From: Dehalococcoidia bacterium
GTDB lineage: Bacteria; Chloroflexota; Dehalococcoidia; Bin125
Direction: 5' to 3'
NCBI GenBank assembly: GCA_965204335.1
Contig: OZ241982.1
Span: forward strand, 246,695-310,694
Length of the DNA: 64,000 bases
In this document: positions 25,484 to 37,239 of the stretch, piece after piece
How the letters are laid out: each line of letters begins with the position of its first letter
How positions within the stretch are numbered: position 1 is the first letter of the stretch
Program-made: the position numbers and the translations under genes
Notes under the pieces: generated by a model
Seen by the model: only the letters and a program-made list of their open reading frames with translations
Databases searched by the model: none
Told to the model about the DNA's origin: nothing

Positions 25484-25921
25484 CTACTCGGTGTGGAGCA
25501 CCGGGCTGCCGTGGTGATGGATGAGGAGCCAGGTGTTGGCCGGCGTGTCGGCATTGTCGGTCAGGTCGGCGCTCTGCGAGCGCCGGTAAATGTTCGTCGC
25601 CACGATCGGCACACCCGCCACCACTTCCCGCCCGGCGATAATCCCGATGTCGCCGACCACTCGCGCCTCTTCTGCGGCGAAGACGATCTTCGGCTGGTCC
25701 GGATTGGTCAGAATCGCGCGCCAGGTGCGCTGCACATCGGCATGGCCCGTGGTCACATTGCGATGCGGATGGATGCAGGTGACGTCGTCGGTCCGTTGCC
25801 AGAGGTCGGCCATCGCCTCGATGTCGCGGGCGTTGAACGCCTCGTAGAAGGCGCGATTCGCTTCGAGTACGGCGCGTCGATCCTCAATCGGATCGCGGCT
25901 GGATTCCTCGTCGCCGACCAT
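25484..25921 (-). CDS. NTF2-like/SnoaL-like (DUF4440-type) protein
   Basis: ANRAFYEAFNARDIEAMADLW pattern typical of the fold. Confidence 0.7.
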   Translation of the reverse strand: MVGDEESSRDPIEDRRAVLEANRAFYEAFNARDIEAMADLWQRTDDVTCIHPHRNVTTGHADVQRTWRAILTNPDQPKIVFAAEEARVVGDIGIIAGREVVAGVPIVATNIYRRSQSADLTDNADTPANTWLLIHHHGSPVLHTE

Positions 25922-25953
25922 GCTCAGGCTCCGAATCCGTCACACTCCCACGT

Positions 25954-27501
25954 ATGCTCAGGATCATGAGGATCATACGAAACCTGGCGCGAACGGGCGC
26001 TGTTGCCGCGGTGGCGATCTCCATATCGGCAGTTGTGCTGATCTCCTGCAGCGGGGACGACGAGCAATCGGCCCGCGAACGTTCGGCCGCCGCGACGGGA
26101 CAGCAGGAGCAACAGACAATCCAACAGCCGGCGAGCGACCCGTCGTCTGCGCAGGGGCAGTCCGCCGCGAGCGAACAGCAGGCGGTGGAATCCGCCGCCC
26201 AAGCCGATGAATCGAGTGAGTCGCAGGCCGCACAACGCGAGCAAGCGGAGCAAGCAGGGTCGACTCAGCCGGCGTCGGCCGTCGAAGAGACGCCGGAGGA
26301 ACAGCAGGACCAGGAGTTCTCGCTGCCGCTGGGCACGGTGACGTTCCTGCCGCTCGACGCGACGGAGACCGCCGAGGGGATTCCGATCATCCGCGACGGC
26401 GAACGGCCGCAGTACTTCGGCCTCGACTGGAGCACCGTCTGGGGTATTCGCCTGATCGATCTCGACGAACTGTCGCAGGGCGCGGCCCGTGACGCCATCC
26501 CGGCCATCTCCGGGCCTCGGTACTGGACCCTGGAGGAAGCGGCGCAGGTCTACTCGGATGATGTGCCGCTGGTCCAGGTGAACGTCAACGGCGACGTCCG
26601 CGGCTTTCCACTGGAGATCATGACCTGGCACGAGATCGTCAACGACACCATCGGCGGCATTCCCGTCACGGTGACGTTCTGCCCGCTGTGCAACACCGCT
26701 ATCGCGTTCGAGTCGCAGATTGGCGAAGAAATCCTCAAGTTTGGCGTATCCGGTCTGCTGCGCAACTCGGATCTCGTGATGTACGACCGCAACACCGAGT
26801 CGCTCTGGCAGCAGTCGTCGGGCCGGGCGATCGTGGGCGCCATGGTGGGCGCGAGACTGAAGTACCTGCCCGCGCCGGTCGTCTCGTTGGGTCAGTTGAG
26901 CAAGGCCTATCCCGATGCGATCGTGATGTCGCGAGATACCGGCTGGTTCCGCGAGTACGGTCAGAACCCGTATCGGGGATATGACAACCCGGAGCGGGGC
27001 GGGCCGTACGGCTTCTTCTTCGACCGCGACAGCATCGACGAGCGCCTGCCGCCGGCGGAGCGAGTCGTCAGTATCGAGGGTCCGTCCGGCGCGGCCATCG
27101 CATACGCGTGGACAACGCTGTCGAGCGTCGGCGTCCTGCATGACGCATTCGACGGCATTGAGCTGGTCGTCTTCTGGACTCCGGGAGTGCACTCGATTCT
27201 GGACACCGGGATCATCGCGCGGGCGCGAGACGTCGGCACGACCGCCGTGTTTGAGACGGCATTGGACGGCCGGACGCTCAGCTTCGCACCGAATTCCGCG
27301 GACGAGGGTCGGACCTTCATCGACGAGCAGACGGGCTCGGTCTGGGACATCTTCGGCCGGGCGATCGAAGGCGAACTGGCGGGCTTAGAGCTGACCCGCG
27401 TCATTCACTCCGACCACTTCTGGTTCGCCTGGCAGGCGTTCCACCCCGAGACCGAGGTGGTCTCGTTGGTTCCGTCCGGCGCAGACGCCGATCGGGGTTA
27501 G
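25954..27501 (+). CDS. DUF3179 domain-containing lipoprotein
   Basis: Signal/lipobox VVLISC, E/Q-rich linker, then FPLEIMTWHEIVNDTIGGIPVTVTFCPLCNTAIAF...GLLRNSDLVMYDRNTESLWQQ. Alternative start at ATG 25966. Confidence 0.8.
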   Translation: MLRIMRIIRNLARTGAVAAVAISISAVVLISCSGDDEQSARERSAAATGQQEQQTIQQPASDPSSAQGQSAASEQQAVESAAQADESSESQAAQREQAEQAGSTQPASAVEETPEEQQDQEFSLPLGTVTFLPLDATETAEGIPIIRDGERPQYFGLDWSTVWGIRLIDLDELSQGAARDAIPAISGPRYWTLEEAAQVYSDDVPLVQVNVNGDVRGFPLEIMTWHEIVNDTIGGIPVTVTFCPLCNTAIAFESQIGEEILKFGVSGLLRNSDLVMYDRNTESLWQQSSGRAIVGAMVGARLKYLPAPVVSLGQLSKAYPDAIVMSRDTGWFREYGQNPYRGYDNPERGGPYGFFFDRDSIDERLPPAERVVSIEGPSGAAIAYAWTTLSSVGVLHDAFDGIELVVFWTPGVHSILDTGIIARARDVGTTAVFETALDGRTLSFAPNSADEGRTFIDEQTGSVWDIFGRAIEGELAGLELTRVIHSDHFWFAWQAFHPETEVVSLVPSGADADRG

Positions 27502-28367
27502 TCGATCAGTTCGACCGCGTCGCCCACGTTGACCGTGCCGGACTCCAGCACGTGGCAATAGCTGCCCAGGTGCTGCTTCGTCTGTTCGATCAACGCGCGG
27601 CCGACGGCTCGGCTCGATCCGAAGTCTCGCTGGGCGTGAGCGGGAATGGAGCATCGCACAGTGGTCGTCCTCATCTCGATGACCACCTCGCCGAGGCGAA
27701 GCCGCTTCCCAGTCCAGTCCACCTCGAGCAGCCCCTCCGCATCGCCCGTGTCGATCAGGACGTTGGGCCGGAAGCGGCGCACATCGGCGTCGTCCCCAGC
27801 CCCGACCGAGGCCAGGGTGTTCAGCGAAGCGGTCGTCAGGATGTGAATCGGAAAGGCGTCGAAGTAGGTCCCCGGAGGGCTTGAAAACTGGGCGAGGATA
27901 TCCAGGGGGATGTCGCCGAGGTCGGGAAACGGATCGCCTTCCTCGAGCCCGAAGACTTCGCGCATTGACGCCATCTGGTCGGCATTCGGGTCGGCCGGCG
28001 GGCGGCGATAGTGGTCGAGATCCTCGGCCGGATGTAACGGCAGGACGGCGATGTCCCGCCCCAGCACCTCGGACAGGCGTCGATCAAAGTCTTCGGCGGC
28101 GCTGTCGAGGACCCCGTCGTCAGGCAGCGTGACCTCAAACTGAGGCGAGCGCCGTTCGGCCGAAGGCGCCTCCACGTAGCGAGCTGCGCAGTGCAGCAGT
28201 CTCGGGACCTGACGCGCGGTTCGGTTTTCTCCGCCCTCGCGGATGACCCAGCCGCGGTCTCCGGCGACGCCATTCTGATCAATGGCGGCCGACTCGATCT
28301 GTTCGCCGCCCATCGATTTGACCGGGTAGCGCCAGAGCTGGCTCACGGTTCCCACGGACATTGGCAA
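27498..28367 (-). CDS. MOSC domain-containing protein (N-terminal beta-barrel plus MOSC)
   Basis: LWRYPVKSMGGE N-terminal motif and a C-terminal MOSC region with the conserved Cys (TTVRCSIP). Confidence 0.85.
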   Translation of the reverse strand: MPMSVGTVSQLWRYPVKSMGGEQIESAAIDQNGVAGDRGWVIREGGENRTARQVPRLLHCAARYVEAPSAERRSPQFEVTLPDDGVLDSAAEDFDRRLSEVLGRDIAVLPLHPAEDLDHYRRPPADPNADQMASMREVFGLEEGDPFPDLGDIPLDILAQFSSPPGTYFDAFPIHILTTASLNTLASVGAGDDADVRRFRPNVLIDTGDAEGLLEVDWTGKRLRLGEVVIEMRTTTVRCSIPAHAQRDFGSSRAVGRALIEQTKQHLGSYCHVLESGTVNVGDAVELID

Positions 28368-28495
28368 CCCCTCTCGTGTTCAGGATTGGCTACCTGTGTG
28401 TTCTCTTGCACTGGCGGGCAGGGTACTCAATGCCTCATATATGAGTGATCCAGTAATGTTTGTCATGATTGAAGCTGACACGCGGCGAGGAGTCC

Positions 28496-29419
28496 ATGAC
28501 CACGACGGCGAGCCGACCCGCATCCCTGGACACCTTGTCCTGGCTCGAAGCCGAGGGCATTCACATCATCCGCGAGGTTGCGGCCGAGTTGGAGCGTCCC
28601 TGCCTGCTGTTCTCGGGGGGCAAGGACTCAATCGTGATGCTGAGACTGGCGGAGAAGGCATTCTGGCCGGCGCGGATCCCGTTTCCCGTGATGCATGTCG
28701 ACACGGGCCACAACTTTCCGGAGGCGATTGACTTCCGCGACCGTCGCGTTGCCGAGCTCGAGGTCGAGCTGATCGTGGCGTCCGTGCAGGAGTCAATCGA
28801 CCAGGGACGCGTGGTCGAGGAGGTCGGGCCGCGAGCCTCGCGGAACCGACTACAGACCGTCACCCTGCTCGATGCGGTCGCAGCGCACAATTTCGATGCG
28901 CTGTTCGGCGGAGCGCGGCGGGACGAGGAGAAAGCTCGCGCCAAGGAGCGCATCTTCTCATTCCGCGATGCCTTTGGCCAGTGGGATCCGTCCAACCAAC
29001 GACCCGAGCTCTGGAACCTGTACAACGGCCGCCTGACGCGCGGCGAACACATCCGCGCGTTCCCGCTCTCCAACTGGACCGAGCTGGACGTCTGGCAGTA
29101 CATCAAGCGCGAACGGCTGGAGATTCCGTCCATCTACTTTGCCCACGAACGATCGATGTTCAAGCGCGACGGCATGCTGTTCCCGGCCTCGAGCTTCGTT
29201 CCGCGTTTGCCCGGCGAGGATCCGTTCGACGCCCGGGTCCGCTTCCGCACCGTCGGCGATATGACCTGCACGGCCGGCGTGCTCTCCGAGGCGGACACGC
29301 TCGAGTCCGTGGTGGCGGAGATCGCGGCGACGCGGATCACCGAACGCGGCGAGACGCGCGCCGACGATCGCTTTTCGGAGGCGGCGATGGAAGATCGCAA
29401 GCGCGAGGGGTACTTCTGA
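28496..29419 (+). CDS. cysD: sulfate adenylyltransferase subunit 2
   Basis: LLFSGGKDSIVMLRLA PP-loop and C-terminal RAQDRFSEAAMEDRKREGYF-type end. GAGGAG RBS before ATG 28496. Confidence 0.95.
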   Translation: MTTTASRPASLDTLSWLEAEGIHIIREVAAELERPCLLFSGGKDSIVMLRLAEKAFWPARIPFPVMHVDTGHNFPEAIDFRDRRVAELEVELIVASVQESIDQGRVVEEVGPRASRNRLQTVTLLDAVAAHNFDALFGGARRDEEKARAKERIFSFRDAFGQWDPSNQRPELWNLYNGRLTRGEHIRAFPLSNWTELDVWQYIKRERLEIPSIYFAHERSMFKRDGMLFPASSFVPRLPGEDPFDARVRFRTVGDMTCTAGVLSEADTLESVVAEIAATRITERGETRADDRFSEAAMEDRKREGYF

Positions 29420-30735
29420 TGGTCGCCGAACAGATGGCCAATCCACTGGCGGACCCCCTGGATCCGCTCGGTCCTGATCAGCGCACGCTGCTGCGGCTGG
29501 CCACGGCGGGTTCGGTGGACGATGGCAAGTCGACGCTGATTGGCCGCTTGCTGTTCGACTCCAAGCAGACCTTCATCGACCAGATGGAGGCGATTGAACG
29601 GACCTCTCGCACCCGCGGCGAGGAGGATGTCAATCTCGCCTACCTGACCGACGGCTTGCGCTCCGAGCGCGAGCAGGGCATCACGATCGATGTGGCCTAC
29701 CGCTACTTCTCGACGCCGCGACGCAAGTTCATCCTGGCCGACACGCCGGGGCACGTGCAGTACACGCGCAACATGGTGACGGGCGCATCGACCGCCGATG
29801 CCGCCTTGCTGCTCGTGGACGCTCGGCGCGGGGTGCTGGAGCAGACGCGGCGGCATGCCTACCTGTCCAACCTGCTGGGGATTCGCCACTTCGTGCTCTG
29901 CGTCAACAAGATGGACCTGGTCGGCTGGGAGCGGTCGGTCTTTGAAGGCATCGCCGAGGAACTGACCCGATTCGCCGGTCGCATGGGCGTGACCGACGTG
30001 CGGGCGATCCCGATCTCGGCGAAGTTCGGGGACTGGGTCGTTGAACCGTCGAAGCGGATGTCCTGGTATGACGGTCCGCCGCTGCTGGAACTCCTGGAGA
30101 CGCTGGAAGCCTCTGAGCCGCCGCAGCATCACGCGTCGCGACTGCCGGTGCAGTACGTCATTCGCCCACTGCGCGACCAGTATCACGATTACCGCGGATA
30201 CGCCGGGACGATGGCCTCGGGCGTCTTGCGGGTTGGCGATCGAGTCAAGGTCATGCCTACCGGAGCCGAGACCACCGTGGCGGCCATCGATGCATTCGAT
30301 CAGCCAATCAACGAGGCGACGCCGCCCATGACGGTGACGGTCCGGCTGGCCGACCAGCTCGACGTCCGGCGCGGCTCGATGATCGTGTCGGCCGACGATC
30401 CCCCCATCGCCGCAACCTCGATCGACGCGCACGTCTGCTGGATGAGCGAACGGGCTCCGTTGCGCGGACGGGACCGGCTGGTGGTCAAGCACACCACGCA
30501 AACAACTCGCGCCCTGGTTGAAGAGGTGGGCGCACGGCTCGACGTGAACACGCTGGAGTACGACCTGACCGCATCGCAGCTCTCGTTGAACGAGATCGGC
30601 CGCGTGCGACTTCGCCTGATGGCGCCTTTGTCGGTCGACCCATACGATGAGTCGCGGGAAACGGGAGCGTTCATCCTGATCGATGAAGCGACCTCGGCCA
30701 CCGTCGGCGCCGGGATGATCACGTCGGGCGATTGA
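29419..30735 (+). CDS. cysN: sulfate adenylyltransferase subunit 1 (GTPase), no APS-kinase fusion
   Basis: Start overlaps the cysD stop (TGATG). GSVDDGKSTLIGRLL, DTPGH and NKMD GTPase motifs; 438 aa. Confidence 0.95.
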   Translation: MVAEQMANPLADPLDPLGPDQRTLLRLATAGSVDDGKSTLIGRLLFDSKQTFIDQMEAIERTSRTRGEEDVNLAYLTDGLRSEREQGITIDVAYRYFSTPRRKFILADTPGHVQYTRNMVTGASTADAALLLVDARRGVLEQTRRHAYLSNLLGIRHFVLCVNKMDLVGWERSVFEGIAEELTRFAGRMGVTDVRAIPISAKFGDWVVEPSKRMSWYDGPPLLELLETLEASEPPQHHASRLPVQYVIRPLRDQYHDYRGYAGTMASGVLRVGDRVKVMPTGAETTVAAIDAFDQPINEATPPMTVTVRLADQLDVRRGSMIVSADDPPIAATSIDAHVCWMSERAPLRGRDRLVVKHTTQTTRALVEEVGARLDVNTLEYDLTASQLSLNEIGRVRLRLMAPLSVDPYDESRETGAFILIDEATSATVGAGMITSGD

Positions 30736-30754
30736 GCAGTTCCAGGGAGTGAGC

Positions 30755-31654
30755 ATGAGCCGAGCGCGCTTGCCGGGCTGGCTGATGCTGGCCGGCTTCC
30801 TGGCGTCGGTTCTGGCTGCCGCTTGCGGCGGCGATCCCGGATACAACCAGGATGAACTCATCCTGGCGACCACGACGTCGCTCAACGACTCCGGCCTGCT
30901 CGACGAATTGGCGCCAATCTTCGAAGCGGAGGAGGGCGTCAGGGTCAAGATCATCGCCGTGGGGACGGGCGCGGCGCTGCGCATGGGCGTCGACGGCAAC
31001 GCCGACGTGCTCCTGACCCATGCGCCGGACGCCGAACAGGAATTGGTCGACGCGGGCGATGTGACCAGTCGCACGCTGATCGCCTACAACGACTTCGTGA
31101 TCGTCGGGCCGACAGACGATCCGGCGAGAGTCGCCGGGATGCCCGATGCCGCGATCGCGCTGGCAAACATCTTCGCGTTTTGCGTCGGCGGCCCCTGCGA
31201 GTTCGCCTCACGCGGCGACGACAGTGGCACCCACAAGAAGGAACTGGACCTGTGGAACGCCGTAGACATCGATCCGTCGATCTCGGGCGGCGACTGGTAT
31301 CTCGAAGTCGGGCAGGGCATGTCAGCGACACTGACCGTCGCCAACCAGCGCGGCGCCTACACCTTGACCGACCGCGGCACGTATCTCTCGCTCCTCGAAG
31401 ACATCCCCGAGCTCGTCATCCTGGTCGAGGGTGACCCGCGATTGCTGAACTTCTACAGCGTCATGGAGGTCGACGGCGGCAAGGGACGTATCAACACCGA
31501 GGCGGCGCGGGCGTTTGCCGAGTTCCTGACGCGCGAAGACACCCAGGCGATGATCGGCGAGTTTCTACAGGCGGAGTACGGTCGGCCCCTGTTCATTCCT
31601 GCGGCCGGCAGTTCAGAAGAGGCGATCTCCGCGAGGGGCCGCTCGGTGGACTGA
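30755..31654 (+). CDS. TupA-like oxyanion (tungstate-type) ABC substrate-binding lipoprotein
   Basis: Lipobox LAAACGG and the TTTSLNDSGLL motif characteristic of TupA-family binding proteins. Confidence 0.75.
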   Translation: MSRARLPGWLMLAGFLASVLAAACGGDPGYNQDELILATTTSLNDSGLLDELAPIFEAEEGVRVKIIAVGTGAALRMGVDGNADVLLTHAPDAEQELVDAGDVTSRTLIAYNDFVIVGPTDDPARVAGMPDAAIALANIFAFCVGGPCEFASRGDDSGTHKKELDLWNAVDIDPSISGGDWYLEVGQGMSATLTVANQRGAYTLTDRGTYLSLLEDIPELVILVEGDPRLLNFYSVMEVDGGKGRINTEAARAFAEFLTREDTQAMIGEFLQAEYGRPLFIPAAGSSEEAISARGRSVD

Positions 31655-31695
31655 GGTGGATCATCTCCGGTAGATGGCGCGGTTAAAGTGGCGGC

Positions 31696-32394
31696 ATGGA
31701 CCTGATCTGGGACGGGATTCGCGAGGCTGCGCGGCTCTGGTGGGCCGGCGATGCCGAGATCATCGAAATCACGCTGCGGACGCTGGCCATCTCGTCGGCG
31801 GCGACGGCGATTGCCCTGTTGATCGGGATTCCCCTGGGAGCGGTGCTTGCCTTGCGCCGATTCTGGGGTCGCGGGCTAATCGTCGCCGCGGTCAACACGG
31901 GGATGGGGATGCCGCCGGTGGTGGTCGGACTGCTGGTGGCCCTGATTCTCTGGCGGACGGGGCCGCTGGGCGACCTCAACCTGATCTATACACCGACGGC
32001 GATGGTCGTCGCGCAGCTGCTGCTGAGCCTGCCGCTGGTCGTGGGATTCTCGCTCGCTTCGATCCAGTCGGTGAATCCTCGGCTGATCGGGCAGATGTGG
32101 GCGATGGGAGCGAATCGCTTGCAGGTCCTCTGGCTGCTGGTCCGTGAGACTCGGCTGGGGCTGCTGGCGGCGGTGATGGCGGGATTCGGAGCGGCGATTT
32201 CAGAGGTGGGCGCCTCCATGCAGGTCGGCGGGAACCTCGCCGGCGAGACGCGCGTGCTGACAACGGCGACGGTGCTGGAGACCGGACGCGGCAACTTTGA
32301 AGTCGCCATCGCGCTATCGCTCGTCCTGGTCGTGCTGGCCTTCCTCGTCAATCTCGTCCTGACAGGCGTTCAGCAGCGTCGGCCCGTTGCATGA
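31696..32394 (+). CDS. ABC transporter permease (TupB-like)
   Basis: 232 aa, 5-6 TM, single permease domain. Stop overlaps the next start. Confidence 0.8.
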   Translation: MDLIWDGIREAARLWWAGDAEIIEITLRTLAISSAATAIALLIGIPLGAVLALRRFWGRGLIVAAVNTGMGMPPVVVGLLVALILWRTGPLGDLNLIYTPTAMVVAQLLLSLPLVVGFSLASIQSVNPRLIGQMWAMGANRLQVLWLLVRETRLGLLAAVMAGFGAAISEVGASMQVGGNLAGETRVLTTATVLETGRGNFEVAIALSLVLVVLAFLVNLVLTGVQQRRPVA

Positions 32395-33467
32395 CCTCCG
32401 CAGGCGACGCCCACCTGCAGGTTCGCGACCTTGTCGTTCAGCGCGGCGGTGTGAACGTGCTGCAGATCGACGCGCTGGACATCCCGCGCGGTCTGGTGAC
32501 CGTCTTGATTGGGCCGAACGGATCAGGGAAATCGACGCTGCTTGGCGCATTACAACTGGTGCTGCATCCGACGCGCGGGACGCTCACGCTCGATGGGGAG
32601 CGGATGGACGCCGATCCGGTGAAGACCCGGCGACGGATGTCGGCGGCGTTCCAGGAGCCGCTGCTGCTGAGCATGTCGGTGCGCTCGAACGTGGAGCTGC
32701 CGTTGCGGCTGCGCGGCGTGGATCGGCGGCGGCGGCACGAGCTGGCCGAGCACTGGCTGAATCGATTCGGAATCTCGAACCTGTCGAAGCGGCATGCGCG
32801 GCAGTTGTCGGGTGGCGAGGCGCAGCGAGTGAGCCTGGCGCGGGCCTTTGCTTCGCAGCCGGAAGTGATGCTGCTGGACGAGCCGTTTGCGGGGGTCGAT
32901 GCGCCGACGCGTGAGGGGTTGATTGAGGACTTTGCCGAGATTCTCTCGGAGACCCGTCCGACGACGGTGCTGGTCACACACGATCGGGACGAGGCGTTGC
33001 GGCTGGGCGACCTTGCGGCGTTGCTGATCGGCGGCAGCCTGCGGCAGGCTGGTCCGCCGGCCGATGTCTTTGATCGACCGGCCGATCGCGCGGTCGCGGA
33101 GTTTGTGGGGATGGAGAATGTGTGGCCGGGGCAGCGGTCGGAGTCGGGGATGTATCGCGCTGGTGGCGTTCGGTTCGCGTCAACGGCGAAGTCGGTTGCG
33201 CTGGGCGCGCCGGCGTTGCTCTGTGTTCGACCGGAGCGGATCGTGCTCTCGCGCGAGGCGGAATCGGACGGGAATCAACTGCGAGCCGTCGTGCGTACCG
33301 TCAGGCCTCGAGGTCCGGTCGTGCGGGCGGAACTGACGAGCGCGCGATTGCCGTTGACCGCAGATGTCCCGGTGGCCGTCTGGGACGAACTCGGGCTGTC
33401 GGCGGGTGACGAGGTCGTCGCGAAGATTTCGCCGGCCGACGTCCATGTGATCGAGGACTCGGACTAG
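32391..33467 (+). CDS. ABC transporter ATP-binding protein (TupC/ModC-like) with C-terminal TOBE-like domain
   Basis: GPNGSGKST, LSGGEAQRVSLARAF and LLDEPFAGVD, plus about 120 aa of C-terminal extension. Confidence 0.85.
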   Translation: MTSAGDAHLQVRDLVVQRGGVNVLQIDALDIPRGLVTVLIGPNGSGKSTLLGALQLVLHPTRGTLTLDGERMDADPVKTRRRMSAAFQEPLLLSMSVRSNVELPLRLRGVDRRRRHELAEHWLNRFGISNLSKRHARQLSGGEAQRVSLARAFASQPEVMLLDEPFAGVDAPTREGLIEDFAEILSETRPTTVLVTHDRDEALRLGDLAALLIGGSLRQAGPPADVFDRPADRAVAEFVGMENVWPGQRSESGMYRAGGVRFASTAKSVALGAPALLCVRPERIVLSREAESDGNQLRAVVRTVRPRGPVVRAELTSARLPLTADVPVAVWDELGLSAGDEVVAKISPADVHVIEDSD

Positions 33468-33853
33468 GAGCGGCGGAAGCGGCCGAGGACTCCTCCGGAT
33501 GAGGGAGCCTCTTCGACTCCGAAGATGGCCGCCAGTTCGGCTCGGCTTGGTTCGGTGGCGACGTGTTCGCCGTCGACCAGGATCGTGGGGACCGAGCGGC
33601 TGCCTCGGTTGATGGCCGTGACGATGTCGGCCGCTTCGGGGTGGTCGTCGAGGTCGATCGTTCGGTAGGGGATCTCGTGTTCGTCGAGGAAGCGGATCGC
33701 GCGGCGGCAGTCGCCGCACCAGGCGTTGACGTAGAGCAACACATCGCGGTCGGATTCGCCGATGTTGTCCGTCGCTTCGATCGGTCCGGCGGACGGGTCG
33801 ATTTCGCAGGCGTCGCCGATTTGTACGTCGAGTTCCGGAGTGTGGTCGGTCAT
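33464..33853 (-). CDS. glutaredoxin/mycoredoxin-like protein
   Basis: VLLYVNAWCGDCRRAIRFLDEHEIPYRTIDLD...SVPTILVDGEHV, with a roughly 45-aa acidic N-terminal extension. Confidence 0.75.
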   Translation of the reverse strand: MTDHTPELDVQIGDACEIDPSAGPIEATDNIGESDRDVLLYVNAWCGDCRRAIRFLDEHEIPYRTIDLDDHPEAADIVTAINRGSRSVPTILVDGEHVATEPSRAELAAIFGVEEAPSSGGVLGRFRRS

Positions 33854-33895
33854 ATGAGCTCCTCGCGTCTTGCGGACATTATGGCTGGTCGGGGT

Positions 33896-33941
33896 GGACC
33901 CTCACCCCAGCCCTCTCCCAGAGGGAGAGGGGGTAGGGATC
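33896..33941. repeat. REP-like element family A
   Basis: ggaccctcaccccagccctctcccagagggagagggggtagggatc. It supplies the last codons of pyk. Confidence 0.75.
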
Positions 33942-35368
33942 TGGTGCAGTTTGAGGAAGTTGGTGGGTTCTCCCTGGCCGAGCGGGAAGCCCCCGGTGAG
34001 GACGATCTGGTCGCCGGGGGCGAGATCGATGGCGTCGACTGCGGCTCGTTCGACTTCCCGGAGCATTCGGTCGATGTCGGTCGGTGGCGGGCAGTGGCGG
34101 GGCTGTACCCCCCACATGAGCGCGAGGCGCTGCAAGGTTCTGTCATCCGGCGCGAGGACGAGCACCGGCACGGGCAGGCGGACGTGGGAGATCAGGCGGC
34201 CGGAGCGTCCGCTGATCGTGAAGACGATCACGGCGCGGACCTGCGGGTGCTGCTCGACGGCGGCGGCGACGGCGGCGGCGACGGTTCGAGCCGTGTCGGC
34301 CTTGAGTTCGATCGGACGGGCGACAGCGGCGCGTCCGGCATCGCCGGATTCGGCGCGGCGGATGATGTCGTCCATCATGGCGACTGCTTCAACCGGGTGA
34401 CGGCCGACGGCGGTTTCGGCGGAGAGCATGAGGGCGTCGGCGCCGTCCCAGACGGCATTGGCGACGTCGGAGGCCTCGGCGCGGGTCGGCCGTTGGCGCT
34501 GGACCATCGACTCAAGCATCTGGGTGGCGATGATGACCGGCAACAGGGCGCGTCCGGCGGCCTCGATGATCTGGCGCTGGAGGACGGGAACTTCAGCCGG
34601 CCCTACTTCGACGCCGAGGTCGCCGCGGGCGACCATGACGCCGTCGGAGACGGCGATGATCTCCTGCAGCTCGTGGATGGCGGGGAGCGTTTCGATCTTG
34701 GCGATGAACGGAATCTCGCCGCCTGCGGCATGAACGGCGGCCGCGGCTTCCGCGAGATCGCCGGCGCTGCGGACGAATGAGAGGGCGAGGAAGTCGAAGC
34801 CGTTGCGGACGGCGAAGCCGATGTGCTCGCGATCCTGAGCGGTCACGGCGGGCAAGCGCTGGCCGGCGCCGGGCGCGTGCAGTCCGGCGCGCGCGGTGAG
34901 CAGCCCGCCGCCGCGTACGGTGGTGCTGATCCGATCGCCGTCGATTTGCTCGACCAGCAGGTCGAGTTCGCCGTCGCGCAGATAGACGCGGCCGCCGATC
35001 TCGACCTCGTCAACCAGTGCGGCGTAGTTACAGCTCAGGGTCAGGCAATCGTCTTCGTATGCGGCGTCAGCCTCGCTGCCGACGACGATGTCGATCCGCT
35101 CGCCGCGCGAGATTTCGGTGCCGTCGGCGACGGCGCCGATGCGGATCTTCGGGCCCTGCAGATCACCGAGGATGGCGACGGGTTTTCCTGTGATGCCCTG
35201 CGCGCGGCGGACCGACTCGACCGCCTGGGACCAGGAGGTTTCGTCGCCGTGGGAGAAGTTGATGCGAGCGACGTCGAGCCCGGCGTTGACCAGTCCGAGA
35301 ACGGATTCAGGATCGCTCGAAGCGGGTCCGAGCGTGGCGACGATCTTGGCGCGGCGTCGTCGGTTCAT
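33902..35368 (-). CDS. pyk: pyruvate kinase
   Basis: KIVATLGPAS...ARINFSHGD...MVARGDLGVE motifs. The C-terminal 15 aa (PTPSPSGRGLG) derive from the repeat. Confidence 0.95.
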   Translation of the reverse strand: MNRRRRAKIVATLGPASSDPESVLGLVNAGLDVARINFSHGDETSWSQAVESVRRAQGITGKPVAILGDLQGPKIRIGAVADGTEISRGERIDIVVGSEADAAYEDDCLTLSCNYAALVDEVEIGGRVYLRDGELDLLVEQIDGDRISTTVRGGGLLTARAGLHAPGAGQRLPAVTAQDREHIGFAVRNGFDFLALSFVRSAGDLAEAAAAVHAAGGEIPFIAKIETLPAIHELQEIIAVSDGVMVARGDLGVEVGPAEVPVLQRQIIEAAGRALLPVIIATQMLESMVQRQRPTRAEASDVANAVWDGADALMLSAETAVGRHPVEAVAMMDDIIRRAESGDAGRAAVARPIELKADTARTVAAAVAAAVEQHPQVRAVIVFTISGRSGRLISHVRLPVPVLVLAPDDRTLQRLALMWGVQPRHCPPPTDIDRMLREVERAAVDAIDLAPGDQIVLTGGFPLGQGEPTNFLKLHQIPTPSPSGRGLG

Positions 35369-35503
35369 GGTTCGTCTGCACGCTATCGATTCAGTCTATG
35401 TCTGGCGCGGCCACAGGTCGTTGTCGGGGTGTAAGCGAGGCAGCCCGCATGTCGGGGCAGCGACCGCAAGAGATGCAGCGATGTTGGGTGAGGCGCAGAT
35501 GCG

Positions 35504-35533
35504 AAACGGGCCGCCCCTGGGGGCGGCCCGTTT
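35504..35533 (-). terminator. intrinsic terminator downstream of groEL
   Basis: aaacgggccgcccc-tg-ggggcggcccgttt: perfect GC-rich stem flanked by A/T runs, 21 nt after the groEL stop. Confidence 0.7.
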
Positions 35534-35553
35534 GGTGTTGCCGTTTGGTTCGC

Positions 35554-37212
<1,659 letters not shown>

Positions 37213-37239
37213 CTAGCACTCAAAGCCTGAGAGTGCCAA
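37213..37239 (-). promoter_or_regulatory. CIRCE operator (HrcA binding site)
   Basis: ctagcactc-aaagcctga-gagtgccaa versus consensus TTAGCACTC-N9-GAGTGCTAA (16 of 18). Lies 49-75 nt upstream of the groEL ATG. Confidence 0.85.
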
